From Heptranchias perlo (lineage: Eukaryota): a stretch of DNA of 64,000 bases. A model generated the notes under the pieces. That model was not told where the DNA came from and did not search any database. It worked only from the letters and a program-made list of their open reading frames with translations. Below are positions 1 to 12,201 of the stretch, in pieces. Position 1 is the stretch's first letter, and every line of letters starts with the position of its first letter. Both the position numbers and the translations under genes were made by a program. The DNA lies in assembly GCF_035084215.1 (NCBI RefSeq), contig NC_090360.1, positions 16,740,001-16,804,000 of the forward strand, written 5' to 3'.

Positions 1-369
1 TGTGCTGATGGGAGAAGACCCCGATCCTGGGCGCGGGAATTGCTCTGGAAGCCAGCTGAAACGGGCAAATGACCTGCCTTACGTGCCAGGCGCTTGGCAG
101 CCAGATCTCGCAACTCAAATTCATTCAAACCAAGCTGGCAGATGTGAAGCCATTGTGATCCGTCCGTGATACAAGACAGGCCATTCAGCATTCGCCCAGG
201 TAGATTGGGGAGCTTGTACGGAATATAAAATCATGATTTCACATGCTACCTTATCAGTTCTAAGAAACTGAGGAGTCCTTTTTAATATAACAATTCTGCT
301 GAACTTTCAACCCACTTTAATCAAGCCTTTCTTGGTACATTTTGGTTCTCATCAAGGTGAATAATGTTA

Positions 370-1345
370 GCACTGAAGAATGGAACTCTTTCCCATTTGG
401 GCAGACAATGTTACCATCAAGCACTCTCAGCTTAGGTTCAGCACAGCCAACTGTGCAGTAAAGCTTCCCCTTCTCTGCCACAACAATATCAATTACTTAC
501 TCTAAACACTTAAAGCCCACCCCCTGTAAGAATGTTGGAAATAGGGAAAAATTGAAATATTTTTAATACTACTACTAACTATCATGCTCTGCAGACTGTG
601 CTGCGTATTTTGCTGAATTGTAAACTGTTAACCTTTGACTAGTGCCTGACTCCATGTCGCCCTCATTGCTAGACAAGACAGCTATGTGATAAAAGAGGAA
701 CAATGACCCAAAAAGCGGAATGATAATCCAAAGATAGTAACAAAACTGGGGCCATGGCTGGATAGCGAGACAATGCAGACACGCAAACTGGCCACCTTGA
801 AAAACTACCTTGAAAAGGGTCTTGTGGTTAAATGAATAATGTTAAAACAAGCTGACCAGCTTGAATTCTTTGAAAAACAACTTCGTTAATCTATAAGCGT
901 CTTATGAGTGTTGTCCCATATATAGTGAGAGTTTCCTGCCAGGCTGAATATAAAAACCCAATGTCTTTTGGGATCAGGGCAGAGGAATCAGCGAAGACCT
1001 CCCAGCTGTCTGAAGACGATACCACTATCAGATGAACAACTGACTATCAGAAGACTGTGGGAAAACTTGAAACAACTACGTCGCCAACTTAATTACGACC
1101 TCTGCCCATAGATCAAACAGGGTAATATTGTTTTGATCTTTGGTGTCTAAATATTTGATACCTTTACATGTTTGATTTGACTATTAATAAATGAGACATT
1201 GATTACCAATTGGTGTCACCTCCGAATCTGTTACATCTCTACAGCACCAATATGATCATTTCCATTTTCATTACCAGCCATCCTTACACTCCTTCCAACT
1301 GCGATGGTCAATCAGGGGCAGTTTTGCACCGTGCATCATAACCTG
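370..1345 (-). mobile_element. LF-SINE-like element split by the solo LTR
   Basis: 370-524 plus 1236-1345 match the reverse complement of the copies at 9250-9690 and 54785-55055 (e.g. ggcagttttg vs caaaactgcc). Confidence 0.5.
525..1235 (+). mobile_element. Probable solo LTR (about 711 bp)
   Basis: TGTAA...TTACA termini, TATA-like aatataaaa near 947, AATAAA near 1186. The flanks join into one continuous LF-SINE-like element. The TSD is degenerate (cccc vs tctc). Confidence 0.6.
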
Positions 1346-1359
1346 ATTCGGTCTCCACC

Positions 1360-1972
1360 ACAAAGACTATCTACTTCCACTTCGGTAACATTGCCCGTCT
1401 CCGCCCCTGCCTCAGCCCATCTACTGCTGAAACCCTCATCCATGGCCTTTGTTACCTCCAGACTCGACTATTCCAATGCTGCCTGGCCGGCCTCCCATCT
1501 TCCATCCCCCACCCCCCATAAACTTGAGCTCATCCAAAACTCTGCTGCCCGTATCCTAACTCGCACCAAGTCCCGCTCACCCATCATCCCTGTGCTTCTT
1601 GACCTACATTGGCCCATCAATGCCTCGATTTTAAAATTTTCATCCTCATTTTTAAATCCATCCATGGCCTCGCCTCGCCCCTCCCTATCTCTGTCACCTC
1701 CTCCAGTCCTACAACCCTCCGAGAACTTTGTTTCTCCAACTCTGGCCTCTTGTGCATCCCCCACTTCCTTTGCCCCACCTCTGGGGGCCGTGCCTTCAGC
1801 CGTCTAGGCCTTAAGCTCTGGAATTCCCTCCCTAAATCTCTCCAACACCTTTAAGTTGCTCCTTAAAACATGCCTCTGTGACCAAACTTTTGGTCACCTG
1901 TCCTAATATCTCATGTGGCTCTGTGTCAAATTTTGTCTGGTAACGCTTGTGACACACCTTGGGAAGTTTTCT
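1360..1972 (+). mobile_element. L2 LINE 3' fragment
   Basis: AFVTSRLDYSNA...KLELIQNSAARILTRTKSRSPI and GGRAFSRLGLKLWNSLP are L2 ORF2 C-terminal motifs, frameshifted. Confidence 0.9.
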
Positions 1973-2177
1973 AAATCTGCTATCTCTTCCTGGCCAGTGA
2001 CTGGCTAGCACAGTGGTAACACTCCCTATATAGAATGAGCCTCACATGAAGAGAATGTGGTTCACCCCAGCCAAATATAATCATTCAGAATGTTGCAGTA
2101 TCACAAGGAAACCCATCAAACATTGACTTAATGGGCAAGTGCAGCAATATACACAAACTCTACCACCAACCCTTAGT

Positions 2178-2304
2178 GACAGTCTCCAGGGTACACCTCC
2201 CTCTACCGCCGATCCCCACAGACAGTCTCCAGGGTACACCTCCCTCTACCACCGATCCCCACAGACAGTCTCCAGGGTACACCTCCCTCTACCACCGATC
2301 CCCA
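2178..2304 (+). repeat. Minisatellite, 43-bp unit x about 3
   Basis: gacagtctccagggtacacctccctctacc(g/a)ccgatccccaca starts at 2178, 2221 and 2264. Confidence 0.95.
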
Positions 2305-2670
2305 GGGCCATTCGCAAAAGACATGTGCGATTTACTTGCCATCACACTGCATCATGTAAATTACACAAAGTATATCTTATATAATGAATGTAATGTATAG
2401 CAATCTGTTGTAATTGAAGATCAATTTCAGTTATAAAAGTGCATCAAACTATCCCAGCAGAGATAACAGAAAGCATTGACCAAGCAGTTTTAAAAACACC
2501 AAGGTTAACAAGGTCTACAAATATTGAACATAATGATATAATGATTATGGCAATACCTTTAAACATTGAACTGTGTCACAAACTCCTTAGATTACCCGAA
2601 CCATTTATCTCTGAGGCGTAACTGAAAGGTTTCATTGTCACAACATAACGGTGCTGGAGAATACACTCAC

Positions 2671-2796
2671 CGTTGTCCTTATCTGACCGCTGGGGATGAC
2701 TATTGACGAAATTCGGGACGCCATGTGTTGCCCAGCGAGTGTGTGCAATCCCTAAATGCGTTTCAAATTCTACGTCAAAGTCAACATCTTCTTGTT
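2671..2796 (-). CDS. GFPT1: GFPT coding exon 4 (126 nt)
   Basis: ttcttttag| ... |gtgagt. Encodes (K)[41 protein letters not shown](E) with the HTRWATHG motif. Later exons were not found in 1-2670, so the gene continues beyond the window. Confidence 0.97.
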
Positions 2797-3499
2797 CTAA
2801 AAGAAAGTTTGAACAATAATTAACATACACCACAGTGACAACAGTGGAATTATGCAAACACAAATTACCCCTATTACAATATGTATGAAAGACAAAACGT
2901 TTATACAGACACTTATAAAAGTGTTTAAACCTATACTCAATGCTATTGACACAAAGCTTCAATGTCACACAAAATACTAATAAAAGAGATACTTTTAATG
3001 ATTGAATGGTGTTGCTATTCCCTGGCACTGTATAAAATTCAGCACGTTCCAAACGTGCACTATTTGTTTTTACAGGCGTGTGAGAAACCGACAGCAGTGC
3101 ACGCCAATGTCGACAGTTGTAACTAATTTCCACACTTTGCACTGCTTATTACATCTGATTTGTTAATAAAATGCATGTTGAAGTTCCTCACTTTAACTTG
3201 TGAAATTGAAAATCTCACAAACCACTCGTTTTTCAAGTTCAGCTGATAGTGAGACACCTTTTCATTGTGGAAACGCAGAAGAAAATGAGAATTTTTGCTT
3301 ACAGTTCTTTTTACTTTTTGTTCAGAAAAATGAGCATGTTTCATTTGTGGGGTGATGTTGCTTTAATTAAACACAGGGTTTAGTCAGACCAAAATAACCC
3401 CAAGAACTGCTTTGTTCTCAAACTTAAGTTTCCTTTTAAATATAAAATGTGAAACTAGCTTCAGTTACTGGAAGGAAAATGGTAGAAGCAACAAAATTA

Positions 3500-3650
3500 A
3501 CTCCTTGATGGAAAAAGGGATAGAAGGATATGTTGAAAGGGTTAAATGAAGAAGGGTGGGAGGAGGCTCATGTGGAGCATAAACACCGGCATGGACCTGT
3601 TGGGCCGAATGGCCTCTTTCTGTGCTGTAAAATTTTATGTAATTTTGTTT
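3500..3650 (+). mobile_element. CR1 LINE 3' tail fragment
   Basis: gggccgaatggcctctttctgtgctgtaaaattttatgtaatttt terminal motif with microsatellite-like tail. Confidence 0.7.
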
Positions 3651-3788
3651 TAGAAAATAAATTTAGGTCACATAATCTGTATATTTTTTGCAGCTTTTTA
3701 AAAAACAGACAACTGGGACATATGATAGAGGAAACACATTCCATGTTACATCAGTGATCTTACAACTTAACTTTCCCGTTGCACTTAC

Positions 3789-3896
3789 TGTTCACTTCCT
3801 CTTCCAAGGTCTTTATTTTCCCATTCCTTTTAATGATACAGATTTGCTTCCCTTTATCTTCCCATTCCTTGTTATTTCCTCCATCAATTCCTATTC
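3789..3896 (-). CDS. GFPT1: GFPT coding exon 3 (108 nt)
   Basis: ccttactag| ... |gtaagt. Encodes (G)IGIDGGNNKEWEDKGKQICIIKRNGKIKTLEEEVN(K), phases 1/1, and aligns to GFPT1 GVGFDGGNDKDWE...KKKGKVKALDEEVH. Confidence 0.95.
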
Positions 3897-4597
3897 CTAG
3901 TAAGGAATTCAGAGAAATTTACATTCAACAGCAATTTGCATTTATATAGTGCCTTAACATAATGAACTATCCCACCAACCATGATCTAATTGAATGGTGG
4001 GTCAGGCTTGAGGGGCTGAATAGCTTACCTCCTATATCCCATCCCAAAATGGGCATGGGAGAGAACGGTCGACTAGCGGTAATGGGGGAGTTGGGAGGAG
4101 TGACAAAGTCAAAAAGGTAAGAGTTTGAGAAGGCTTTTAAAGGCAATGAGAGAATTAGAAAAGCAGAGGGTTTGGGGGTGGGGCGGGGGTGGGGGAAGTA
4201 TCAGAGAGTAGAACCAAGGCCACTGAAGAATGAGCCCAGACAGTGAGCGTCAGCAGCTGTTCAACCATGGGAGGCATCGTGGCTACTCCCAATTCTATCT
4301 TCACCTTGAATGTAATCAAGAATGGGTCTCTTCGCCCAAGGTTGACAGCCATTGTAGGGCCTCAAGTGCTAACTCGGCACAGGCCAGGGATCAAACCCAA
4401 GGCCTCTGCAGACCGTATGATTCAGGTTTACACTGGACAGTGCACTTACCAAAAGAGCCATGAGGAGAGCTAGACAAATCTTTAGCTGGTGCGTGGATAA
4501 GTTCAATTATGTAGCCCCATTGCACATTACAATAACATTTATTCTGCATCATGCTCTCTAGGAGACTAGTAGCAAAAATATGGTGTATCAATTAAAA

Positions 4598-5182
4598 AGA
4601 AAGAAAGAAGGGCATTTATATAGCACCTTTCATGAGTTTAGGGTATCCCAAAGCGTTTTACAGCCAATTAAGTACTTTTTAAAGCGTAGTCATTGTTGGA
4701 AAACGTGGCAGCCAATTTGCGCACAGCAAGCTCTCTCAAACAGCAATGAAATAAATGACCAGATCATCTATTTTGGGTGTTGGCTGAGGGATAACTAGGC
4801 CAGGACACCAGGGATAACTTGGCCTGGACAACAGGGATAATCTCCCCTTCTACATTATTACAACAGTGACTACACTTCAAAAATATTTAATCGGCTGTAA
4901 AGGGCTTTAGGACATCCTGAGGTCATGAAAGGTGCTACATAAATGCAAGTTCTTTCTTTCTCTTCTTTGAATAGATTTTTAACGTCCATCTGAGAGGGCA
5001 GACGGGGCCTCGGTTTAGAATCTCATCCGAATAACAGCATGTCCGACAGTGCAGCATTCCCTCCCCTCAGTACTGTACTGGAGGGTCAGCCTAGATTATG
5101 TGCTCAAGTCTCTAGAGTGATACTTGAACCCACAATCTTCCGACTCAGAGGCGAGAGTGGTACCACTGAGCCACGGCTGACA
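4598..5182 (-). mobile_element. tRNA-headed Deu-domain SINE (SacSINE1-like) with an opposite-orientation SINE tail inserted (about 4845-4965)
   Basis: Reverse complement of the 8277-8705 element (ggtaccactgagccacggctga head; gacggggcctcggttt...tctcatccg core). Confidence 0.8.
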
Positions 5183-6070
5183 CTGTAAAATTTTAAAACA
5201 CATTGCAATTCATTCAGTGAGAAGTCAGGGTTTAGAAGGGATCAAAAGAAAAGTGAAAAGTGTTAAGAATGTTCTTTTATAAGATATTTGGCCAAATTTC
5301 ACCACAGATTAGAAGGAAACCAGGTGAAGGGCCGCAGAGCAGATGCAGTTTTGAACCCTGCGTCGCTCACTCCCAGTCTGAGCCAAATTAAAGCTGTGGT
5401 CTCTCCCAGCGGAGAAAAATCGGGAGGGGAGGGGGATGCCTCAGCAATCTGTGGCACCTCTCCAGTAATCTGATGCAGGGGCCTCAGAGCAAGCTAAGCT
5501 CTCATCTGTAGGCACCAGGCCAGATGAAGAAAAGGAAAGTTACAAAAGAAAAGGGAAATTTAGCCCAAAAAATACCTCATGGAAAATTAGCACCAAACCA
5601 GCTCGTGTGATTTGATGCATATAGGGGCGAATACCGCAATCTAACCCAGTGCTTAGTTAATTCAGCAGCAACTGATCTAGGCCTGGTACTTACACTATTA
5701 ACCTCTTAAAACTTGGATAGAATTAAAATGTGAAACCTTTAAAATCAGGGCTACAGATCAATTACTATACAATGACCCTGAACCATGACCTCTCTGTTGC
5801 CAATCCGGGTACAGTACACCCAATCCCTCTGGAGATATCATCACTTCTTTGTGTTCAACTTCAATTTGTTCTACGAAGTCAAAGTCACTCAATTTTCATG
5901 CTTGCTTCAAACTCCAGGAGCATAAGCAAACTGGCTCTCCCATTTCAGTCAATGCCAGCACTGTTCTGTGCTCACCCAACAGCAGATACACTTCCTGCAG
6001 GTTAAAGACGGGCAAAGTTTGCTCTCCTTCCAACAGCTATTTGAATCGACAGCCTGGTGTGCGTAAAAAA

Positions 6071-6325
6071 ATAGAATCATAGAATCTTACAGCACAGGAG
6101 GCCATTCGGCCCATCATGCCTGTGCCGGCATTTTGAAAGAGCTATCCAATTAATCACACCCCCACCCCTACTCATTCCCCACAGCTCTGAAAAGTTTTCC
6201 TTGTCAAGTAATTATCCAATTCCCGTTTTGGAAGTTAATATTGACTCTGCTTCCACCACCCTTTCATGCAGCGCATTCCAGATCGTAACAACTCGTTGCG
6301 TAAAAATAAAATGTTTCCTCATCTC
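6071..6325 (-). mobile_element. CR1 LINE 3' end
   Basis: ORF MRKHFIFTQRVVTIWNALHERVVEA and (atagaatc)n tail. Confidence 0.85.
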
Positions 6326-6396
6326 CCTCTCCCTCTCCCTCTCCCTCTCCCTCCCCCCCCCCCCCCACCCCACCCCGCCCCGCCCCGCCCCGCCCC
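6324..6396. repeat. (CTCTCC)n / poly-C / (CCGCC)n simple repeat, G4-capable on the minus strand
   Basis: Read directly. Confidence 0.9.
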
Positions 6397-7234
6397 TGCT
6401 CCATTTGCCAACAATAGGATTGAGAGAAGACAACTTTTATTTTCCCAACTCCTTCGTGTCAAATACGATAATTGGGAGACCCGGGAATTAGAGCGCTTTA
6501 ATCCGGGCGTTTAGTGATAATCTTGCCGGGAATTCCTGCTCACGTGGAGGAGAAACACCAACCCAGACTGGTTGGGCCGAACATCCTGTTATACATTCTA
6601 CAGGGCCAAGCTTAGCTGCACCCGTCGGGCGGGCAACAGGCGGGTTTGGGTCGGTTGCCCATTTTACACCCCGCCCGATTGTACCCTGCATTGAAGTCAA
6701 ATTACTCCTTATGTAATTCTAGATTCAATCACAACACGAATGTCATGACGGAGCCTCGTATTAATGTTATCAAATTTTGATGGCTCATTAAGACCAAATT
6801 TGACTCTTTGAAGTTTCAATAAATACCTGTTAATGGCCCACAGGATCCAATTTTGAAATCAGCAGAAAGCTACACTGCCCTTTAACGCAATTCCATTTTC
6901 CATAGATTGAATTATATTCCACAGGCAAAGCAGTGTTTGAATACCGACAACATATTAAAGGACTTATGTCTGTGCCCCCGTCCTGCCTGCGTCGCACCCG
7001 CTCCGACCAAGCATCAGCTGGCGGTCCGACCGGAGAGGGTTCCAAAGGAACGTTCCTCTTTATGTTCGCGGGGCTGGGAGGAGCGGGAGTGCCTCACAAA
7101 ACCGAGGCACTGCCATTCCGGGCCGCAGCCCTTCGTCCCAGTGCTAGTGAGGCCTGGCCACCACCCAACCCCACTTATCTGGCTGGCACTTTTTGATTAG
7201 GATTCCAATTGGCGATACATACTAGCGGCAGATT

Positions 7235-7360
7235 AAATAGAATTACATAGAATTTAACAGTGCAGAAACAGGCCATTCGGCCCAACTTGTCTATGCCGGT
7301 TTTTATACTCCACATAACCCTCCTCCCACCTTACTTCATCTAAACCTATCAACATGTCCT
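7235..7360 (-). mobile_element. CR1 LINE 3' tail fragment
   Basis: cagaaacaggccattcggcccaac, the reverse of the 3500-3650 motif. Confidence 0.7.
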
Positions 7361-8276
7361 CCAGATTAATTCCTGAATCTACATCACCAAAATCATCACT
7401 ATACTTCATCAGCTATTGTGTGCTGATGTTATCGAGTGTGACAGGCGGATGTCATCGAGCGTGACACGTTGTCCGTAAATGTCAACTGTCCATCGATGCT
7501 GGGACTGGAACCCATAATCTCGTACTCTTCAGGGTGGCAGTGGCACTGGGACAGTTCTGGGAACATTACTGTAACAGTGCAACTGGGGAAGCATCCAGTT
7601 ATACTGTGAAGGAGCTCTGTCTGAGAGCATTTAAACACAGGCTGAGCACAATTTAGCAGCTTCTTGTACTCCTGTATTTTCAGCTGATTAAGAACAGCTA
7701 ACTGGGTAATTGGCAATTCTCAATCATTAGAAAACAGTGGTGGTACAAGAGGCCAGTTGATTTAAAGCTTGCATTTATATAACGTCTTTCACCACCTCAG
7801 GTTGTCCCAAAGTGCTTCACCGCCAATGAATTGCTATTTGTTTTCAAAGTGTTAGCATTGTGTTAAGTAGGCAAACACTGGCCAATGAGCTGGCTGCAGC
7901 CAAACTGCAGCCGAAGCATCAAAAAACAATTGCAAGGTGAACCTCTAGCAGTCCAGTGGAAGTCTGGCAAGTCCCAGCAGTGTTACAAGCACATCCGAGG
8001 CCAGGAGAGGCACAAATCTGTTGTGGCACCAACCCCCAGAACACGCAGTATCATGGGATCTTGCAGGCCGTGTTGATAAAAGCACCTGGTGCTTTACTGC
8101 AGACTCAAAAAACAAATCCACCTGGAGTGACCCTATTCCTTTGATATAGGTGGCCCTCAGCAAAGTATTTTGATGGGTGTATCTCTGCATATACATGAGC
8201 TGCATGATTGCAAGTAAACAATGCATGCATGTACACTCAAAAGAGAGACGAGAGCAAGGACTTATCTTTTTTTTAT

Positions 8277-8705
8277 GTCAGCCATGGCCACAGTGGGTAG
8301 CACTCTCACCTCTGAGTCAGAAAGTTGTGGGTTCAAGACCCACTCCAGAGGCTTGAGCACAAAATCTAGGCTGGCGCTCCAGTGCAGTACCGAGGGAACG
8401 CTGCAATGTTGGAGGTGGCGTCTTTCGGATGAGACGTTAAACCGAAGCCCCGTCTGTCCTCTCAGGTGGACGCAAAAGATCCCATGGCACTTTTCGAAGA
8501 AGAGCAGGGGAGGTCTTCTGGCCAATATTTATCCCTCAACCAACATCACTAAAACAGATTATCTGGTCATTATCATATTGCTGTTTGTGGGAGTGCAAAT
8601 TGGCTGCTGCGTCTCCTAAATTGCAACAGTGACGGCACTTCAAAAGTGCTGCATTGGCTGAAAAATTCGTGAAAGGCACTATGTAAATGGATGTCTTTCT
8701 TTCTT
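8277..8705 (+). mobile_element. Full-length tRNA-derived Deu-domain SINE (SacSINE1/AmnSINE superfamily)
   Basis: Pol III B-box gggttcaagacc, Deu core ctttcggatgagacgttaaaccgaagccccgtctg, L2-like tail gaaaggcactatgtaaatg ending in (tctt)n. Confidence 0.88.
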
Positions 8706-9249
8706 TGTCTTTATGTCGTGCAGAAAGGATGTCAGGTAGGTGCTAGTCATCGGGTGGAAATTTAAGAGACAGGGAGGTTTCAAGTCAAAACATTAGACTA
8801 TGCTATCTCCAAATCAGTTCCCAACAATGGAAACTATCTCAAGAGGTGGATATATGTGAAGAGAGAGAGGATTCAAGAGCATAGGACGCAGAGTTTATAC
8901 TGGCAAGAAGAAAGTGAATTTCAGTTTGGGTATCACGTCTGATCGCCAGTATAAAGAGAGCAATAATCACCGTAATGATAGCTTTCAGATCCAGGCAGGG
9001 AAATATCACTGCACTGCCTCAAGATTGTGACACAAGCAGAAAGGAGGAGACTGTAACATGTACCAGTGTACTCAATGAGTCAAAGGCACTGGTGATTAGG
9101 AAAAGTTTTAGCTGCAGCGATAGATTACTTTTTTCTTCTTTATGTGCTAGATTGAAAAGTACACAGTGCCTTAATTTCACTGAAATTTATGTAGGCCGCA
9201 CTCTAATTTCAAATCAGTGAAATTTTGCTTTCTTTTCAAAGCTTTGACT

Positions 9250-9690
9250 AAATGAGTGGGCAGTGCAGTTAATCACACTGTCCTGTCACCTGGAATCTGG
9301 ACTTGAATCCAGCCCAGACTGACTGGATGAAAGTCTCTCACCTCCGCTGATTCCAAAAGTCCCACATAAAATGAGTTGGGAGAGGCTCAACTCTCTCCCT
9401 CCCCAACAGGGTCGCAACACGAAAATGTCCGTAATTTGGCACAAATGGGCAAACGTCACCCAGACAGGACAGGAAATGGCTGTGGCAGGAAATGGAAAAA
9501 AAAATAGTTGGTGCAGTTGGGAATGTTCTTCTGAGGCTGTGGGTTAAGCCACATCACAGAGTAAAGCTCCCTCTGTATAGCCCTAATATTTGGCCTGTGC
9601 TGTGCCTGACCTTAGGAGTCCTCAAAAACGAATATGTTCCACTCTACAGTGCTGACTTCTCCCAGCTTGCTGAATGTACAAATTTAAAGC
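9250..9690 (+). mobile_element. LF-SINE-like element
   Basis: Colinear blocks recalled from LF-SINE: tcacct, aatccagcccag, gaaagt, aaatgagttgg, ttggcacaaatgggca, gggttaagccacat, tgctgtgcctg. Confidence 0.6.
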
Positions 9691-10149
9691 AGGGAAAAAT
9701 GCCTCCTCAATTTTATTTAAAGTAATAAAACTGAGGGTATATGTAGCAAATGATACTATTGCAGCAGTACTGACACCAATTAGACAGCCGAAGGTAAGTC
9801 CTACTCTTTAAATACTACCTTCTAAGAAAGCTACTTCTGCAAAAAAAAGGCACATTTTTCATCAAAGGCATCTGACAAGCCTTTTTCACTTGTTTGCAAA
9901 TAAACAATGGAAGGACTTAAACGCCATTGAAATGTATCGTCACAATACTGGACCTCATTGTGACAACCATGATGAACAGGACTTCTTCCTCCCTAATTAG
10001 AAAAAAGTTTGCCAAACACTTTTACATAAATACAGTGTCCCTTTAAGACATATTTAATACTAACTCCCTAACTCATAAACCTTCCTCAGCAGAATGCTGC
10101 AGCTGGGTATATAACAGACAACAGTTTTACAAATGCAAAATCTGCAGTT

Positions 10150-10528
10150 GTCAGCCTCCGAGTCAGAAGATTGTGGGTTCAAGCCCCACTCTGGCAATTC
10201 AAGCGCACAGTCTAGGCTGTAGTACTGAGGGCATGCTGCACTGCTGGAGGCGCCGTCATTCAGACAAAACGTTAAACTGACGCCCCTGTCTGCCGACTCA
10301 GTTGGACTTAAAAAGTTCCATGGTACTACTTGAAGAAGAACAGGCTGTCCTGGCCAACATTATCCCTCAGCCAACATCACTAAAACAGATTAATCTCAAG
10401 GTTGTTTGTGGAATCTTGCTGTGCACAAATTAGCAGCCTGGTTTCCCTACAATACTTCACTGTGAAGCACTTTGGGATATCCCGAGGACATGAAAGGCGC
10501 TATACAAATGCAAGTTCCTTCTCTCTTT
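10150..10528 (+). mobile_element. Deu-domain SINE copy
   Basis: gagtcagaagattgtgggttcaagcccc head through gaaaggcgctatacaaatgcaagt tail; ends about 35 bp from the GFPT exon 2 donor. Confidence 0.85.
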
Positions 10529-10564
10529 AATACAAGATCATTAGTCAATATAAAACCAACTTAC

Positions 10565-10672
10565 CTGCAGAATCGTAACCTCTGTATTCAAGTCTCTGCA
10601 ATCCCTTGAACAAGATTTCAATAATTTCTCTTCTGGTCTGGGGAACATGGTAGTTAAGGTAGGCAAAAATTC
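10565..10672 (-). CDS. GFPT1: GFPT coding exon 2 (108 nt)
   Basis: ttttcaag| ... |gtaagt. Encodes (G)[35 protein letters not shown](G), the canonical GFAT glutaminase N-terminus. Confidence 0.97.
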
Positions 10673-12201
10673 CTTGAAAATAAAAAGGATGACCTAGGTG
10701 TTACGTTTCAGGAATAATTTCATTTCAAAGATCTTGATGGATATACCTCATAAAACCATTATAATATTCTCTGTCTTACATATTGTGTGCAAACTTACTT
10801 CATGTAACACTGTTGATAATACTCTTGTTATTAAAATGGGTATCTGCTTGCTCAACTGTGAGCAATGCCACCGGCCAACTGCTAGAATACACATTATATT
10901 TCACACACACACACGTGCATAAAATAGAACGCAAATTTTCCAACTGGGGGCTACAATTTGCATTTAGGAGTGGATGCAATGAAAAACCCAGTGTTGCAGA
11001 AATGAGACCATACAACATTATTAATAAAACCCCGAGGATTATTTTTGCCCCCTAAAGCGAGATGCATTCCTACAGTGACCCACCCCAACAGAATCTGCAC
11101 TCCATCAAACACTCGCTGACCATTCGTGCGTTTCTCCAGACAACCGCTGTAAACGTGTAAACAATAAGCAGAGGCAGTGGCCAAAAATAGGCTAACTGGT
11201 CATTCATCGCATTACTATTTGTGGGGACTTGCTCTGCAAATTGCCCGCCTCGTACAACTACATAAGACATTCCAAAGCACTGCTGCTAAGCTATATAATT
11301 GCAAGATTTTTTTTCTCAAGTTGCTAACGATCCCATGGACCCCATTTACTGGAAACATTAAGCATTCTAACCCTACTGCACTATCCTTTCTCCCTACACT
11401 ACTGTCCTTCAGCAAGGTCTGCCCAAATAATTTATTTCATGCATCCGCATACACTACTTGTATTTGTTCATTTTTTTTTAAATGTACCAAAATTCTAAAC
11501 TCTAGATACTAAAAATTTTGTGCAGGGCCTGTGGTGTGCTGCTTGTCCACAAACTTTACAATTTTTGTTATGCTTTTCCGTCAACATTTACCATTGTAAA
11601 TTAATGTCAACATTTCCCATTCAATTTTGCTATGTCAACTGTCACGATGCAGTTGCAGCCCTTACCACTAGGTGGCTCTGTGAAGCAAGTTACCAAAGCC
11701 TCTTCCTAACTCCATTGCTATCTTAAATATTTTTTTAAATTATCAACTCATTGCGGGCAGCACCACAGGTAATTTCCTAATACTTTTAAAAAGATGTCTC
11801 CTTTTATCAAAGTACGGTTTGCAGTTTTACTTTAATGTAGCAACTGGTTACTAAGTATAAAAGAAAGATACTGAAATATTAAAAAGTTTCTATGTTAAAC
11901 TTTGAGCTGACGTTGGATGTTTACTGTTCAGGATTTAGAGGTGATCACTAATGACGACATCACGTTTTGGAGTAATGCTGATGCTATCTCCAATCAACCC
12001 TGGAAGTTTAGTAGGTTTAAGCAGTGGGCAGCTGAGTCGTATGGATCACAAAGGTCTGAGGGTCAATCTCACGGGTTGGTACTGAGCTAGCTGATCTCAG
12101 TCCGAGAGGCAGTCGGAAAGGCACCCAACTCGCACTCCCCTAACATTAACAATTAATCAGCTGCTGAGCACAGAACACAAAGAGCGGAACCAGGGATCAA
12201 C

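Noticed and set aside
2178-2304. Regular direct repeats as a CRISPR array
   Set aside because: Head-to-tail units with no unique spacers, eukaryotic intron, no cas genes.
2576-3142. 188-aa ORF as a single-exon gene
   Set aside because: Only 2671-2796 is GFPT-like and bounded by AG/GT; the rest is intron read-through.
8277-8350. tRNA gene
   Set aside because: A/B-box head of a SINE continuing into the Deu domain; no complete cloverleaf.
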